Below, piece by piece: positions 1 through 12,349 of a DNA stretch of 64,000 bases. Below the pieces are notes generated by a model. It was not told the origin of the DNA. It worked only from the letters and a program-made list of their open reading frames with translations, and ran no database searches. Where the stretch lies: NCBI GenBank assembly GCA_002189035.1, contig NEEC01000019.1:1922001-1986000 (forward strand). Reading direction: 5' to 3'. Numbering within the stretch: position 1 is the stretch's first letter; the number at the start of each line of letters is the position of its first letter. This DNA comes from Utricularia gibba (taxonomy: Eukaryota > Plantae > Magnoliophyta). Both the position numbers and the translations under genes were made by a program.

Positions 1-1589
1 GCCATCGAATATTTGCAGCAAGCTTTTCTTTTTGCCTTAGATTCAGGAACAAAAGAAAGATATGTGACTACAGGTATTGCATCATCATCTTCGTATACAA
101 TGGAAAGGATGCTGTTCTATTTACCATTAGGAGAATCAACACCACCAGGTGGCTCGTAGTGAAATCCATACCACTGCATTTTCCCTCCACCAACATCCGA
201 AGAGACAAAGTATTGTTTGTGACCCAAGAATACTCGATAACTAGATGAGATTTCACATGATAAGATGTGTTCATTGACCAGAGAACAAACTTGCTCATCA
301 GTAAAGATTGCAATACTCACCCGACTGTCTTGATATCAGCTGGAACATAATCTGCAATTCCTGTGTAACATGTGTATCCAGAGTAAACAGCTTCACCAGG
401 ACCCAACAATTTGCTTCTCACCTGTATAAAAGTAGTTCTTTGAATAGTCAATAACAGTGAACTGTGTAAGCTTCGGTGGGATATAAACAAAGCACAAGTC
501 TTTTTTTTCTGTGGGAAAGCTAGAACGTACCTTTGACCGAATCCCATCAGCTCCGACGAGAAGATCACCTTCATAAATATCTCCATTCTCGAGCTTCAAA
601 GTTACCTAGAGAAGCATAGGTCATGGCTCATGAGCAGAAAAGTCATCGTTTTCATCAGACAAAATTGATTACTAATGAATGAGCTGAAACCTCGAAACAG
701 CCTAATGCGACCTTGAAAGCATTAAAAATGAAACGAGTGAATGGATACCTTTTGACCATCATCCTCATAGTCCACAACATTGCTTTCATTCAAAATATGT
801 TCTGAACCAACAGCATTAGCAAGGATTTGCTGCAAAGACATTCGACTAATTACTCTAGTCACCGGAAGTCCCCGCTCTACAGCAGGAGTGAAAGTGTCAA
901 ATTTGCAATACCTGATGATAGAACATAGTTTAGAGTTATCATATTGAATCCAGAGCTAATTAAAAGTGAGAAAGTATTTTGAGATGGATGACAAGCTTAG
1001 TTATAATGAACCAAAGGCGATGCCCTGCTAAAACATATAAATGATGCTCCTTCCATTCTTTTGGCGAGACTGGGGAGCAAGAACAAGCTTACCAAGTACC
1101 CGAAATTCCATCAACCAAGCCGTTAATCCGATCGCCGGTGACACATCCAGCTTGCATAATCTCATCAGCGACGCTCATATCAATAGCTTCCAACGCAGCC
1201 AATGCATTGCTCTGTATTTGAATTGGACCCCTGTACTGCCCCTCTCCTCGGATTGCACTTAAATCCCTCTCAAACACCAGAACCTCAAACCCTTTTTTCT
1301 TAGCTGCTAACGCTAATACCAGACCTCCAATCCCACCACCAGCCACCAGTATCCTAAGCTTCTTCTCCTGGTTTCTCGGATTCGAACCACTCTCAGATTT
1401 TTCAGCTCGTGGATCTTCAGTTACGCTTAATTTACTTACAACCAGTTTCCTGAAAATCCCACTTTCTCGATTTCTAGACAAAGACTTCTGGATCAAAAAA
1501 CGATGCCTTTCCAGCAAAGGGTATTTTTGAGTGGTGGAATAAAATGATACAGAGGGGCACAACGAGTTGCAGAGAACAGATGAACCCAT
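1..1589 (-). CDS. ZEP: Zeaxanthin epoxidase, chloroplastic (5' part; gene runs off the left edge)
   Basis: Exons 1589-1093, 911-749, 605-531, 421-321, 240-125, 35-1, all with GT-AG junctions and consistent phase. Translation MGSSVLCNS...RILVAGGGIGGLVLALAAKKKG (FAD fold), GEGQYRGPIQIQSNALAALEAID, WYCKFDTFTP, DLLVGADGIRSK, YRVFLGHKQYFVSSDVGGGKMQWY. Confidence 0.95.
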
Positions 1590-2562
1590 TTCCCTTCTAC
1601 ACCAGGCAATCGCCTTGCTATCCTTGCAATTAGCAGAGCTACTTAAATAAAATGAACCTGACTCTTGTGAGAAAACACACAGCGTGCTATCACGCCAGCG
1701 GTAGGAGATTATTCTCAAAATACAATGGTTCTCTCTCTGTGTGGGACGCAACCAAACTTTGGATGACAAGTGACCAAACCCACAAATATGATCACCTCCT
1801 GTTCCGTGAAGAAGCAGAAAATACAATGGTAGTGGCGAGAAATGGAAGCCAATCCAATGAACCCAAGATCAGCACCAAGGAGGAGCAAGATTTGATTTTT
1901 AACATGTGGCAAGCAGTGGGACGGCAACCAAATATCTGATTCAGTGATCTGTGTGCACATTTATTGTCCTGATTTGAGCCACTCCCCATTCCGCTCCCTC
2001 TCAACGCCTTCCATACTCTATTTTCCTCCTCATATTTATTAGTAGAGGAAAATAGAGGAACTTCTCTGGTTCACAAAAAAAAAAGCAAAAAAAAAAGAAG
2101 AGAAAATCCATCTTCTTACCCACACAGATACTGTAAGATTTCAGTTGCATTAAACACCACACAAACAGAAGACAAGAGTGTACTTAGATATTTCAAGAGC
2201 CCTGTTAGGTCAAAACACTATTATCACCAAATTAATTATAAACAGTTAAGTAGCTCCTTTATTTTATCTTTAATTTATATTTTTAAAATAGAATAAAAAA
2301 TTTATTTTTTTCGTTTTAAAATAAAATAATATTTGTAGTAATGAATATGAGTTTAAAATAAATATTAAAATCGTATATTTAAGAATTCAGTTAAATTATG
2401 ATTTAATAATACCGCCTGATATTTAATTTGAAGGGCCCCGTGGGAAGAAGCACTGTCAAAAGTCTCCGCCACCAACAACCGGGATGAGCAATCAGAGATA
2501 AATCGATCGGGATTGGATCTGTTGACGTTGAAACCGGAGCAGATTCTCCGCGGGTCTGTCCA

Positions 2563-5262
2563 ATGAAGGCATGCACTGAAAACTTGATCCAGGAACCAGC
2601 ATTTGCCACCGGGAAAGGAACCTCTGTTTGATCTCTGTCTTCTTCTTCTTTTTCTTGTTCAGGGTTTCGGATCTGCTTTCTTCTACGCGACGATCGCGTT
2701 CCTGCTCATTCGAGCTTCTTGCCTGAAGGTGCTTTTTATCATCATTGTTTTGGTTAATCGTCGTCTTTTCCGAGTGCTCTGTTTTTTATATTTCAGATTG
2801 GCGAAACATGTTCGCTTTCGGGGAGCAACTGCGACGCTGGGTTAGCCTGCGAGACATGTGCGGCGAATGGGAACACCAGGCCGCGGTGCACTCGCACGCA
2901 GCCCATAATTCCTACAACCGTCGTCTGTCTCTGTTCTTCGTGTCGATAGTTTTATTATGATTTTGGGATTTGTTTAGAATCTTTTCATTTGAAATGAGCA
3001 GGTGAAGGGATTGCCATTCAATAAGTATTCATGGCTGACGACCCATAATTCGTTCGCTGTCGCTGGATCGGTATCGGGTACGGGTTCGGCGTTGCTATCT
3101 CCGACGAATCAGGAGGATACCGTTTCGGCACAACTGAAGGTATGAAGCAGATCTCCTTTGATCGATATCAATTATCTTTGCATTTCTTCAATGGTTTGAT
3201 GAGAAAAAAAATGTACCAGTAGCAGTTGCACCTTGACCTCCTAATAATACTAATTGCTGTTTTCAATGATTAGGCATGAAAAGATTAGCTACTCAGATTT
3301 TATTGCCTATGTAGCCTTTATCATCGTTGACATTCTCAAAATAGCAAGTAGCCTCTAGGCTTGCAAGTTCGTTTTTTTGTTCAAGAATTCGGTAGCTAAT
3401 CTACTGGATGGTGTGAATTGGGACCACAAGGCTTCTGTGTGTTATTTTGGATGTGGAGATTTGTCGTTGAAAAATAACAAAACAATGCTAGTTCAGGGTT
3501 GGAGTTTAAATCTATTGAGAATGGTGATAGTGAACAAGAAAAGTATGTTTAGTAGTTAGATAGCGTTCTTCTGAAACTGATTTTGTGCTGTTTTGAAGAC
3601 TGAATGGTTGGAAAACGACCCATTCAAAGAAATGAAGAGTTATAGTTGCATCATTGATCACTGATGTTGGGTTTTTAGAGGTTGTGGAATACAGATTTTC
3701 TTGGATGCATCTACTTTCTTCTACTGTTTTTTGGCATCAAAGCTGTGCAGTCTTTCCTTATGCTTATGGTTGGCAGTGGATTACACAAATGTTTAGTTAA
3801 AAAAGGTTTGAAGTTGCAAACATGATGGCTTGATTATGTGATGTTAATGTGGTTTCTAACATCCATATTCCAACTTGAAATGAAGAAAAGGTTCCCTTAT
3901 GTAGAATGGCGTTCGGGGGCTAATGCTTGATATGTATGACTTCGACAATGACATTTGGCTCTGCCACTCCTTCGGCGGCCATTGTTACAATGTGACTGCA
4001 TTTGTAAGTATGCGATTCATAATCAACTTGCTTATTCAGTTACATTTTAGGCTTTAATTCAAGTATCATTATTCTGACGGACCACATTTTCTATTGCACT
4101 CTTTTCCAGCAACCCGCCATAAATGTTTTGAAAGACATTGCAGTTTTTCTACAAGAAAACCCAACAGAAATAGTTACAATCTTCATTGAGGATTATGTAA
4201 CATCTCCACAAGGCTTGACAAAAGTATTCAATGCATCTGGACTTACTCAATACATCTTCCCACCATCCCTTATGCCAAAAAATGGCGGTAATTGGCCAAC
4301 TGTGGATGCCATGGTCCAGAAAAACCAACGTTTGATTGTCTTCACATCGAAATCATCAAAGGAGGCATCCGAAGGCATTGCATATCAGTGGAACTATGTT
4401 GTGGAAAGCCAATGTAAGTTTTTCTCAGCGTCTTACTTGGTCGTTAAGTGAAATATCTGAAACGTTCCTATACTAAATTATTGTCTATAGGAAAAAGACA
4501 GATGTTTTTTTTTTCCTCCTTTCCCGCTGCATACGGTCTGCTCTGCAATATCCGTTCTCTGATTCTATGTATTTTCAGATGGAGATGGAGGGATGATCCC
4601 TAATTCCTGCCCCAGTCGATCGGAGTCATCCTCCATGGACACCTCCTCCAAGTCTCTAGTTCTCATGAATTTTTTCCATACAAATCCCAACTCATTAGAA
4701 GCCTGTGTAGACAACTCTGGTGAGCTAATCAGCATGACCAAGACCTGCTATGAAGCAGACGGGAAGCGCTGGCCAAATTTTATCGCAGTTGACTTTTACA
4801 AGGCATGCATACACAAAAGCTCAATGAGCTATTCCATTACCATAGAAGCTTTTCAAGTTCATACAGTTCTTAATCTTTTCTTTTTCTTCCTTGCGAACAG
4901 AGGAGTGATGGAGGCGGTGCCCCGGAAGCTGTTGATGAAGCCAACGGTCATTTGACTTGTGGGTGCAGCAACATCGCCTACTGTGTGGTAATTCTTCCTT
5001 CTTGGCAGCGCTAGCTCAACTCTGCACAACCTTTTTTTTTTCCCTCCTCGTCTGTATCATCTGCTAGTTATCCTTGCAGGCAAACTCCTCATTCGGGACG
5101 TGCAACGTTCCTCTTCTTTCACCTCCGCCACCAGCTCAGCCATTTGCGCCAGAGGCGGCCGCCGTTGGTTCCGGCAGCAGTTACTCAGTAACCAAACCGC
5201 TGCTGCATCATCTCTGGTTTTCCATGGCAGCCTTCTTTTTTGCCTTCCTGAATCAGCTCTGA
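2563..5262 (+). CDS. PI-PLC X domain-containing protein (At5g67130-like), secreted, probably GPI-anchored
   Basis: Exons 2563-2568 (inferred MK), 2663-2728, 2797-2922, 3002-3139, 3905-4003, 4110-4413, 4579-4802, 4901-4987, 5080-5262, all phase-consistent. Motifs: signal peptide, Cys-rich N-terminus, [57 protein letters not shown], hydrophobic C-tail. Start codon inferred. Confidence 0.88.
2569..2662 (+). other. Inferred GC-AG intron after ATG-AAG in the PI-PLC gene
   Basis: ATG AAG|GCATGCA ... pyrimidine tract TTGTTCAG|GGT. The only nearby way to give the signal-peptide exon an in-frame ATG. Confidence 0.6.
4803..4900 (+). other. GC-AG intron in the PI-PLC gene
   Basis: TAC AAG|GCATGCA ... 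GAACAG|AGG AGT restores the conserved DFYK-RSDGGG exactly. Confidence 0.9.
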
Positions 5263-6226
5263 GTCAGCTTGATTGGTTTACATTTTTAGTTTTTTTTATT
5301 ATTATTTGGAGAATTGTCTCATCTTTTTATCTGGTTTATATTAATTTAAATGGATTATTACTTATAATAATGCTAATATAATAATAACATTAATTTATAA
5401 TAATATGGTTAAATAAAAATTACCGAAAATATTAAAGTCGTGGGTTGGAAGTTGGAGAGGGTTAAGTTGAGAGTCAGCAGTGAAGGCCAGTTTTCCTTTT
5501 CCCCCAAATCTGCGATTCAATTTCACCACGCTCAAAACTGTATCCCTATTCCCAGATTTCCAGATTCTGCTTTTCGGAATCGAATGGCCATCGCCAATCG
5601 CCGTTGGCCTACCACGAGCCGTCAAGTCTCCGGGTTGCATTTTCGGCGTCGATTTGAGGAGTGAAGAGACAAAGAAACGCATTCGCGATTCGCCGACTCC
5701 CGGTAATGTTTGTGTTTCTTGGACGGTGCTAATTTTTTCAGTAATGGATTTATTGTAGTCATTTCGCTGGTATATGCAGATTTGCGTATCTTCATTGCAG
5801 TCATTTCAATGTTGATTGCAGTAATTTTGAAGCTCGTGTTCATGAAAATTTACGCGTCTAATGGGCCAACGACTTCCGGGTCCCGGCAGTAGAATCTCAA
5901 TGAGAAGTTCCAGTTTTACAAGTTAGATAATCTTTTTCCATCTCGCCGCACTGCGACCTGGAATACCACACATCCAGAACATCTCCGAAAGCACCAAATG
6001 ATTTCCACCGTACCGAGTGCTGGAACGCCCACAGAATCAGGTATATTAGGAAAAAAAGAAGATACTATACTCAGAGTTTTCCTGGAGATCCAGTTAAATT
6101 TGCGTTGGACGCCATGCCCTATCTCTCCGTCCTCATTTATGCTCATTTTTAGAACCTTTCTTTGTGAGCTTTCTCATTAGCTAATCAAATTTCTGAGATG
6201 ATCTTTCTGAACCTGTAGCAGATATA

Positions 6227-8563
6227 ATGTATACCACTATGTTCGATTATTTCACGACGAATCCAGGACCAATTGATGATTCTGTTTTATATGATCAAGA
6301 TAAGCATGTTTCAGCTGCTGTTTGGGAGGGTCAGGTGTCTATCCTGTGCGACATCTCTTTTCCATTGCTCAGTGGTTGCACTATTCACAGTTTTAATGCT
6401 GTTGTAATTTCTTTTGGGTAGGAGAGAGGTGCACTTCGGTGCCATGAGCATACATCAAAGCTTGACCAGTGGTTGCTCAACGACAAACAAATTGAGTTGG
6501 TGAAAAGAGCTGGCTTTGGCTATTTGAGACTCATCCCAGCAATAAGTTTGGACAATCCTCTTATATCTGCGCTAGTTGAAAGATGGAGAAAGGAAACGAA
6601 CACATTCCATATGACTGTGGGGGAGATGACAGTAACATTGGAAGATGTTGCTTACTTGCTAGGACTACGAATCGATGGCAACCCCGTTATTGGTGTAACT
6701 TACACCACGTGCGATTCTGTATGTATCAAGTATCTTGGTAAGGTGCCAGAATCAGGTTACACAAGTGGTGGGATGGTGAAGCTCAGCTGGTTGAAAGAAG
6801 TTTTTTCTGAATGCCCTGAGAATGCTTCGAATGAAGATATTGAACGCCGTACAAGAGCCTACCTTCTATATCTTGTGGGTAGTACGATTTTTTCCACTAC
6901 CACTGGGAACAAGGTGCCAGTAATGTATCTCCCATTATTTGAGAATTTTGATGTCGCTGGGAAATATGCATGGGGTGCAGCAGCATTGGCGTTCTTGTAC
7001 AGGGCTCTTGGAAATGCTTCCCTTCGATCTCAAAGCACTATAAGTGGATGTTTGACATTGCTACAGGTAAAAGGAAGTGAGCTGGCCCTCTTTCCAAATG
7101 GCGTGCTAAATATTTAGATGTTCTGACCAAAATGTTCTCTCTTTTATGTTAACAGATTTTTTTTCAATTTATCTCGTCAATGATTTTTAACAAAGCATGG
7201 TGATCTCTCGGTTGAAAGAACTTTTCATTTTTCTGTAGTGCTGGAGTTACTATCATCTGAATGTTGGTCGGCCAAAGCTTCATCACGACCCAGTGCATGA
7301 ATGTTTTCCATTTGTACTTAGGTGGAAAGGCAAACATAGTGGACCTACCTCTAATCGTGATGTGGCTTTCTACCGTAAGACCTTGGATGCCCTTAAACCT
7401 AGTGATGTGAGTTTTTTCTTTTTTTTTTCTTGGCAGAAAAAAATACGCCTATCAACTTGGTTTTTTTCCCACTCGCATTAAAGTGCTTTTTACGTATCCA
7501 CTGCAGGTGGATTGGTGCCCATATGCAAATATTACCCATACTGTCATTCCTGACAGCATCTTAAATCAACTTATTCTTGGGAGGTCCAAGACTATGTTGA
7601 TATGTTTTGACAAGGCAGAAAGGCACCTCCCTGACCGTTGCTTGAGGCAGTTCAACCTACCTCAGACAGTTCCTGAAGAAGTACATAGGTGGGAGAGGAA
7701 AACTCGTGGAGTTGATGGGGGAGTAGATCTTTCTGGAAAAATGGACTTGGAACTCAGTGAATGGGCCAGTCGGCATGCTAACATTATGGATGCCGAGGAT
7801 GAGTTTGACGAGGGCGAGTACATGCAGTGGTTTTCAAGGATAACACGCCAGATCGTTGGAAGGCCTATACCCATCTCATCCGAGTTTCAGAAAATGGTAA
7901 GACTGCCCCGTCCACTTCAAATCCTATCCTATGTTTTATGAACCAATATCCTCTCTTTTTTTGGCTCAGAATTCTGCCTTGAGGGACATCGCGCATCTGG
8001 CAGATACCATGTCAACACACGGAATGGATGATAAACAACTCCACTCTTTGACGAGGATCAGGTACATTGCCCATGAATCTCTGAGAGATTATGCTGGAAG
8101 ATCAGCAAAGGGTGTGGCCGATTCTGAGAACGATGCCGGCAAAATGATAAGAGGGAAGGAAAGGATCAGAAGAAGTGGCGCGAGCAAGCGCAGGAGGAAA
8201 GACGAGCCTGAGGAATATTACACAGCTGCTGCCATGCATCATCCACCTCCACGGTTCTACTCTTCAGTTGTCAATGCGGATCAGGCGCAGTTCTACCACC
8301 TCGGCAATGAACTTGATCCCGGCCATCTCTGTGAAGACAACGGCGATGAAGCCAGGGACCCTTACAACGCCGCCGATGATCTGGAGGATCCTGAATACCC
8401 CCATGGAGTGGATCAAATCGACGAGGACGACATTTCACATGGATCAAGGGAGAATCCCGGCGAAGCCCATGTCGGCGGCGTCAGCAGCATTCTGAACCAT
8501 TCTTCTCTGCATCCCAGCGACGATGTTAAACAGGAGAACGAATACACCACCATCATAGCGTAA
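6227..8563 (+). CDS. MAIL2: Protein MAIN-LIKE 2 (plant mobile domain / PMD protein)
   Basis: Exons 6227-6334, 6422-7066, 7239-7406, 7507-7896, 7970-8563, all in phase. NPGPIDDSVLYDQDKHVS, ERGALRCHEHTSKL, ISLDNPLISALVERWRKETNTFH, AYLLYLVGSTIF, YAWGAAALAFLYRALG, ERHLPDRCLRQF. A possible upstream in-frame extension is described under findings. Confidence 0.9.
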
Positions 8564-9259
8564 ACAAGATGTGCCGATGATCCAAGCGATCATCTTAGCA
8601 TCCCAGCTTAATTTGGGCACCTGTGTTTTCACCAACTGCTGAGTGCAGCAGGCGCTTGCTGTGGGTGTAATTACGTTAGAACCCTCCTCAAATCATCTCA
8701 TGATCCACTATACTTGAGGTTATAATTGTCATCCTGCCGATGGCCTAAGCTGCTACTGCAACTACAAGCTTGGTGAGATATGCAGTTTGGAGTTTGGCGT
8801 TGAATCCCGACCAATATCTTTTAAATTATCCTAATTATAATTTATATTTCACATGTATTTTCAATGAATATTAAAATGTTTTTCTACAATTTTTCAATAA
8901 ATACTATAGTATTCTTCACCTTAAATACATTTTTATTTAATATGCGAAACTTTTATATTGTCAGGCATTTTGGAATAAAATAATATTTTTTATTAATTAA
9001 TGTAATTTTATACTAATATATTAAAATTATATTTAAAAAAAAGCGTTCACTACAATTTTTTAAATTGAGGATTTTATAGTGATATCCTTGTCTGGTTTTT
9101 GGTTTTGCGTATCCGATCAGTTATAAAACCCTCCTGGGCGTCTTTCAATTGTCTGGTGGTCTTTTTCCGCAATCTCAAAACTTTGGCTGTTAAAATTTCG
9201 TCTTACTACTGCTGCACTGCATCTAAATTCCAGTGATTTCCTTTGAACGAGAAAAGTAG

Positions 9260-12200
9260 ATGGCTAGAACGAAATATCATAAGCCCAGGCCTGGGAAACA
9301 ATCCACGCAATCCCATGTAATTTCAGACCCCTTCCGTGTGAAAATTGTATATACGTTGATGTGTCTTTTGCTTCCCGTGTAGCTTCGGACCATTCTGTGT
9401 CAATAGTTGCATTTACGTTACTGGGTTTTTTGTTTTTCTTAATGAGTGATGATGGATACACCTCAAAATCGTCTCTTTACCTCCTTTTTCCCATAGTTAT
9501 TTTTGTGCTGCTTGTGTTCCTCACGCAGAATAAAAAGCGTGGTGATGGGAAAGTAAACGATGTATCTGAGTTGAGGGCTCAGCTTGACGTTCTTGGTTTG
9601 AAAATTATTCAAGTGACGTCGGATGGAAATTGCTTCTTTAGGTGGGTTATTGTTGATGATGAATTTTATTTACTTCATCTCGCGCTATTTAACTTGCATG
9701 TTGTGTTCCTTAATTGTTGGTACAGAGCATTGGCTGATCAACTGGAAGGAAATGAGGACGAGCATGAGAAGTATCGACGTATGATAGTTCACTTTATAAA
9801 GGTAAATCTGTCAAGAATGGAATATGCTATGATTTATTACCGTGACGGATCATTAAATTGTTCTTGTGGTTTTTCACTGTTAGATTATACAATTATGATG
9901 GTCTCTGTTAGATGACTGTCAGAGATTTTGTTACTTTTTAATGAAGATTTTTGCTTGCAGCACATTTCATTATAGGGCATTTCATGCAAAACTGAACTAT
10001 CACTAAATCCATATCATAACCTTGTAAAGATCATGTGTGCCTCCTATTTAGTTAGATTTAGATGCATTTACAATTATATGTATATATACTAGCTTGTTTC
10101 AATTCGACATTTAATAAACTATGCGTCCACACTGGGCAGGAAAATCGTGAAATGTTTGAGCCTTTTGTTGAGGATGAGCCATTTGATGAATACTGCCGAT
10201 CCATGGCCGAGGATGGCACGTGGGCTGGCAATATAGAATTGCAAGCAGCTTCTCTTGTTACCCACTGCAACATCTGCATCCACAGAGTATTACTTTGCTC
10301 TCCTTTTTTTTCACGGTGTTTTATATATATTTATTTATTGTTTTATATGATTGTTAATGCAGCATTTGTACCCACGTTGGTACATTCAAAATTTTGATAA
10401 ACATGAGGTTCGGATGGTTCATCTGTAAGTACTCCTATATTTTCATTATCAGATAATTTCTTTTCATGCACCATTAAAAATGTTTTCTTTTTGTAACAGT
10501 GCGTTTCCTGGATGGTGTTAATTGTTATGTGATATTAAAATCAATGAGTCAATGTATTTTGGTCGTTTTTGGTAGCTTTGATACATCCTTTCTTGGGTTA
10601 AACGATGCCCTTACAAATTTGAATGTTATTCTTCTGTTCCATGAAAAAGCATGCATGGATCCAAGTTTTACTTCTTTGCTTCCTTTTTTTCTCATTGAAA
10701 AATTGATTGAGGTTTCCAACTTATTCCTACAGTTCTTACCATGATGGGGAACATTATAACAGTGTCCGCACAAAGGATGACTCTTGCTCTGGACCTGCAA
10801 GGTCAATTGTTATAAAGGTTTCTCCTCTTTTATCAGAAACTCGAATATGATATTTTCGTGTGAGCTTTTCATTGAGCAGCTGATTTTTTTCCTCATATGA
10901 AAAAGGGTGAAGCAGAACTTTCAGTGAAATCAAGAAGCCACAAGGCAGCTTCGACAATTAATGAAGCAGAAAGTGTAAAGAGTGTTCCTGATCAGGTGAT
11001 TCTCTCCGGCGAACCGAACCCTCTCTCAAGGAATAAAACCAGAACCTTGGAACTAAAAATTCGAGCTTTATATTTTCTTCGATGTTTATTTTTTAATCTA
11101 CGAATCTAATACTCCTTGCATTGTTTTACGACAACAGAGTGATGATGCAGAAGTTTTTAGTGTTGAAAAAGAATCTTTGGATTCAAATGCTGCTGAAGAT
11201 GAATTTTCAAACTCCAATAGAAGCTCCTGTGGTGATGATCATAGTTAGCTCTGTTCCCTTGAGCGTATTACTGTTGCTAGAGTATTTTTATTATTCCTTA
11301 CAGTCCTTTTTGTATCATACATAATTCGAAAAGACTGTTGGAATTTTTTCCAAAGCACCACATTTTTCAAGGCGAAAGTAAGAGCTGTTTCAATCGCTAA
11401 CAAAGGACATTTTTCCTTTCCATTCTGAAGCACGTAGTATTCATATTCTAGTAGTACCTTAAAAAGTATTGCAGCATTTAACCTATGGACTTTTACCTGT
11501 GAATCCCGGTTGTTGTTGATTATACCCCTAGTCTCCTACAAATGGTCTCATTGCTGGCGTTTCCTTCTACTGAGTGCTTATATCATTGTTTTCCTTAATT
11601 CTGAAATATTTTCATCAAATTCTATCAGGTTAATGTCTTTCTGTCATATTCGTGCTTGTATCTTTTCCAGATGAAGGTCAGGTTGAGACATCTTCTCTGG
11701 CTGAATTAAGAGGTCAAATCAGTACATGCAACGGAGACTCTGGCCATGCTGTTGTAACGTCTGAAAGCAAGAAGAGCTTTCCATCTCACGAAAAGGTTAA
11801 TAGTACACTGTTGATCCATATAGTATTTCCACTTGCTCCCCAATGCATCAAATTCTTCCGCTTCAGAAAAGTATACCTAGAAATAAGAGCTGCCCATGTG
11901 GCTCCAAGATGAAGTACAAGGGCTGCTGTGGCAAACCTTCTTCCAAATCATCCGCCGGATTCTCAGTGTAAGTTTCATTTGTTCGTTTTTGCTCTGTGTC
12001 ATGATAAAAAAAATGTATGTGTGTCATGCCATCTCCTGTCTTAATGGAATAAGATGTGTATTGCTCTGTAATTATGAAAAAACTTCAAGTTTAGTAGTTC
12101 CAGATGGAAATCTATTGGAAGAGCCCATAATGACCATCTGGGGATCTACCTTTCCTTTATGAATTGCATGCAGTCATTTGCATTCTTCATATTGATGTAT

Positions 12201-12349
12201 CCGGGGTGAATCCATACTCCTTTATGTGTAGTAATCAGATGGGTGACCCCCGGAAGAGCCACAAGGATCAAAAGCAGTGGAGAAAAGGCAGCTCGTCCAT
12301 CAACAAACCAAACGGAGGGCCACTGGACATGGGCGCTCTCTGCATTTGA
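9260..12349 (+). CDS. OTU7: OTU-domain deubiquitinase with C-terminal SEC-C motif (OTU7-like)
   Basis: About 11 exons. [46 protein letters not shown] (catalytic Cys), DGTWAGNIELQAAS, LSYHDGEHYNSVR (catalytic His), IPRNKSCPCGSKMKYKGCCG (SEC-C), C-terminus DMGALCI. Middle exon boundaries are less certain. Confidence 0.88.

Noticed and set aside
1590-1826. 79-codon in-frame N-terminal extension of ZEP in the ORF track
   Set aside because: No ZEP similarity. ATG 1826 sits just before an acceptor-like GGAACAG and is probably in a leader intron. MGSSVLCNS at 1589 fits the usual transit-peptide start.
8640-8655. TGAGTGCAGC matching part of miR397
   Set aside because: Only a 10-nt match and no fold-back precursor.
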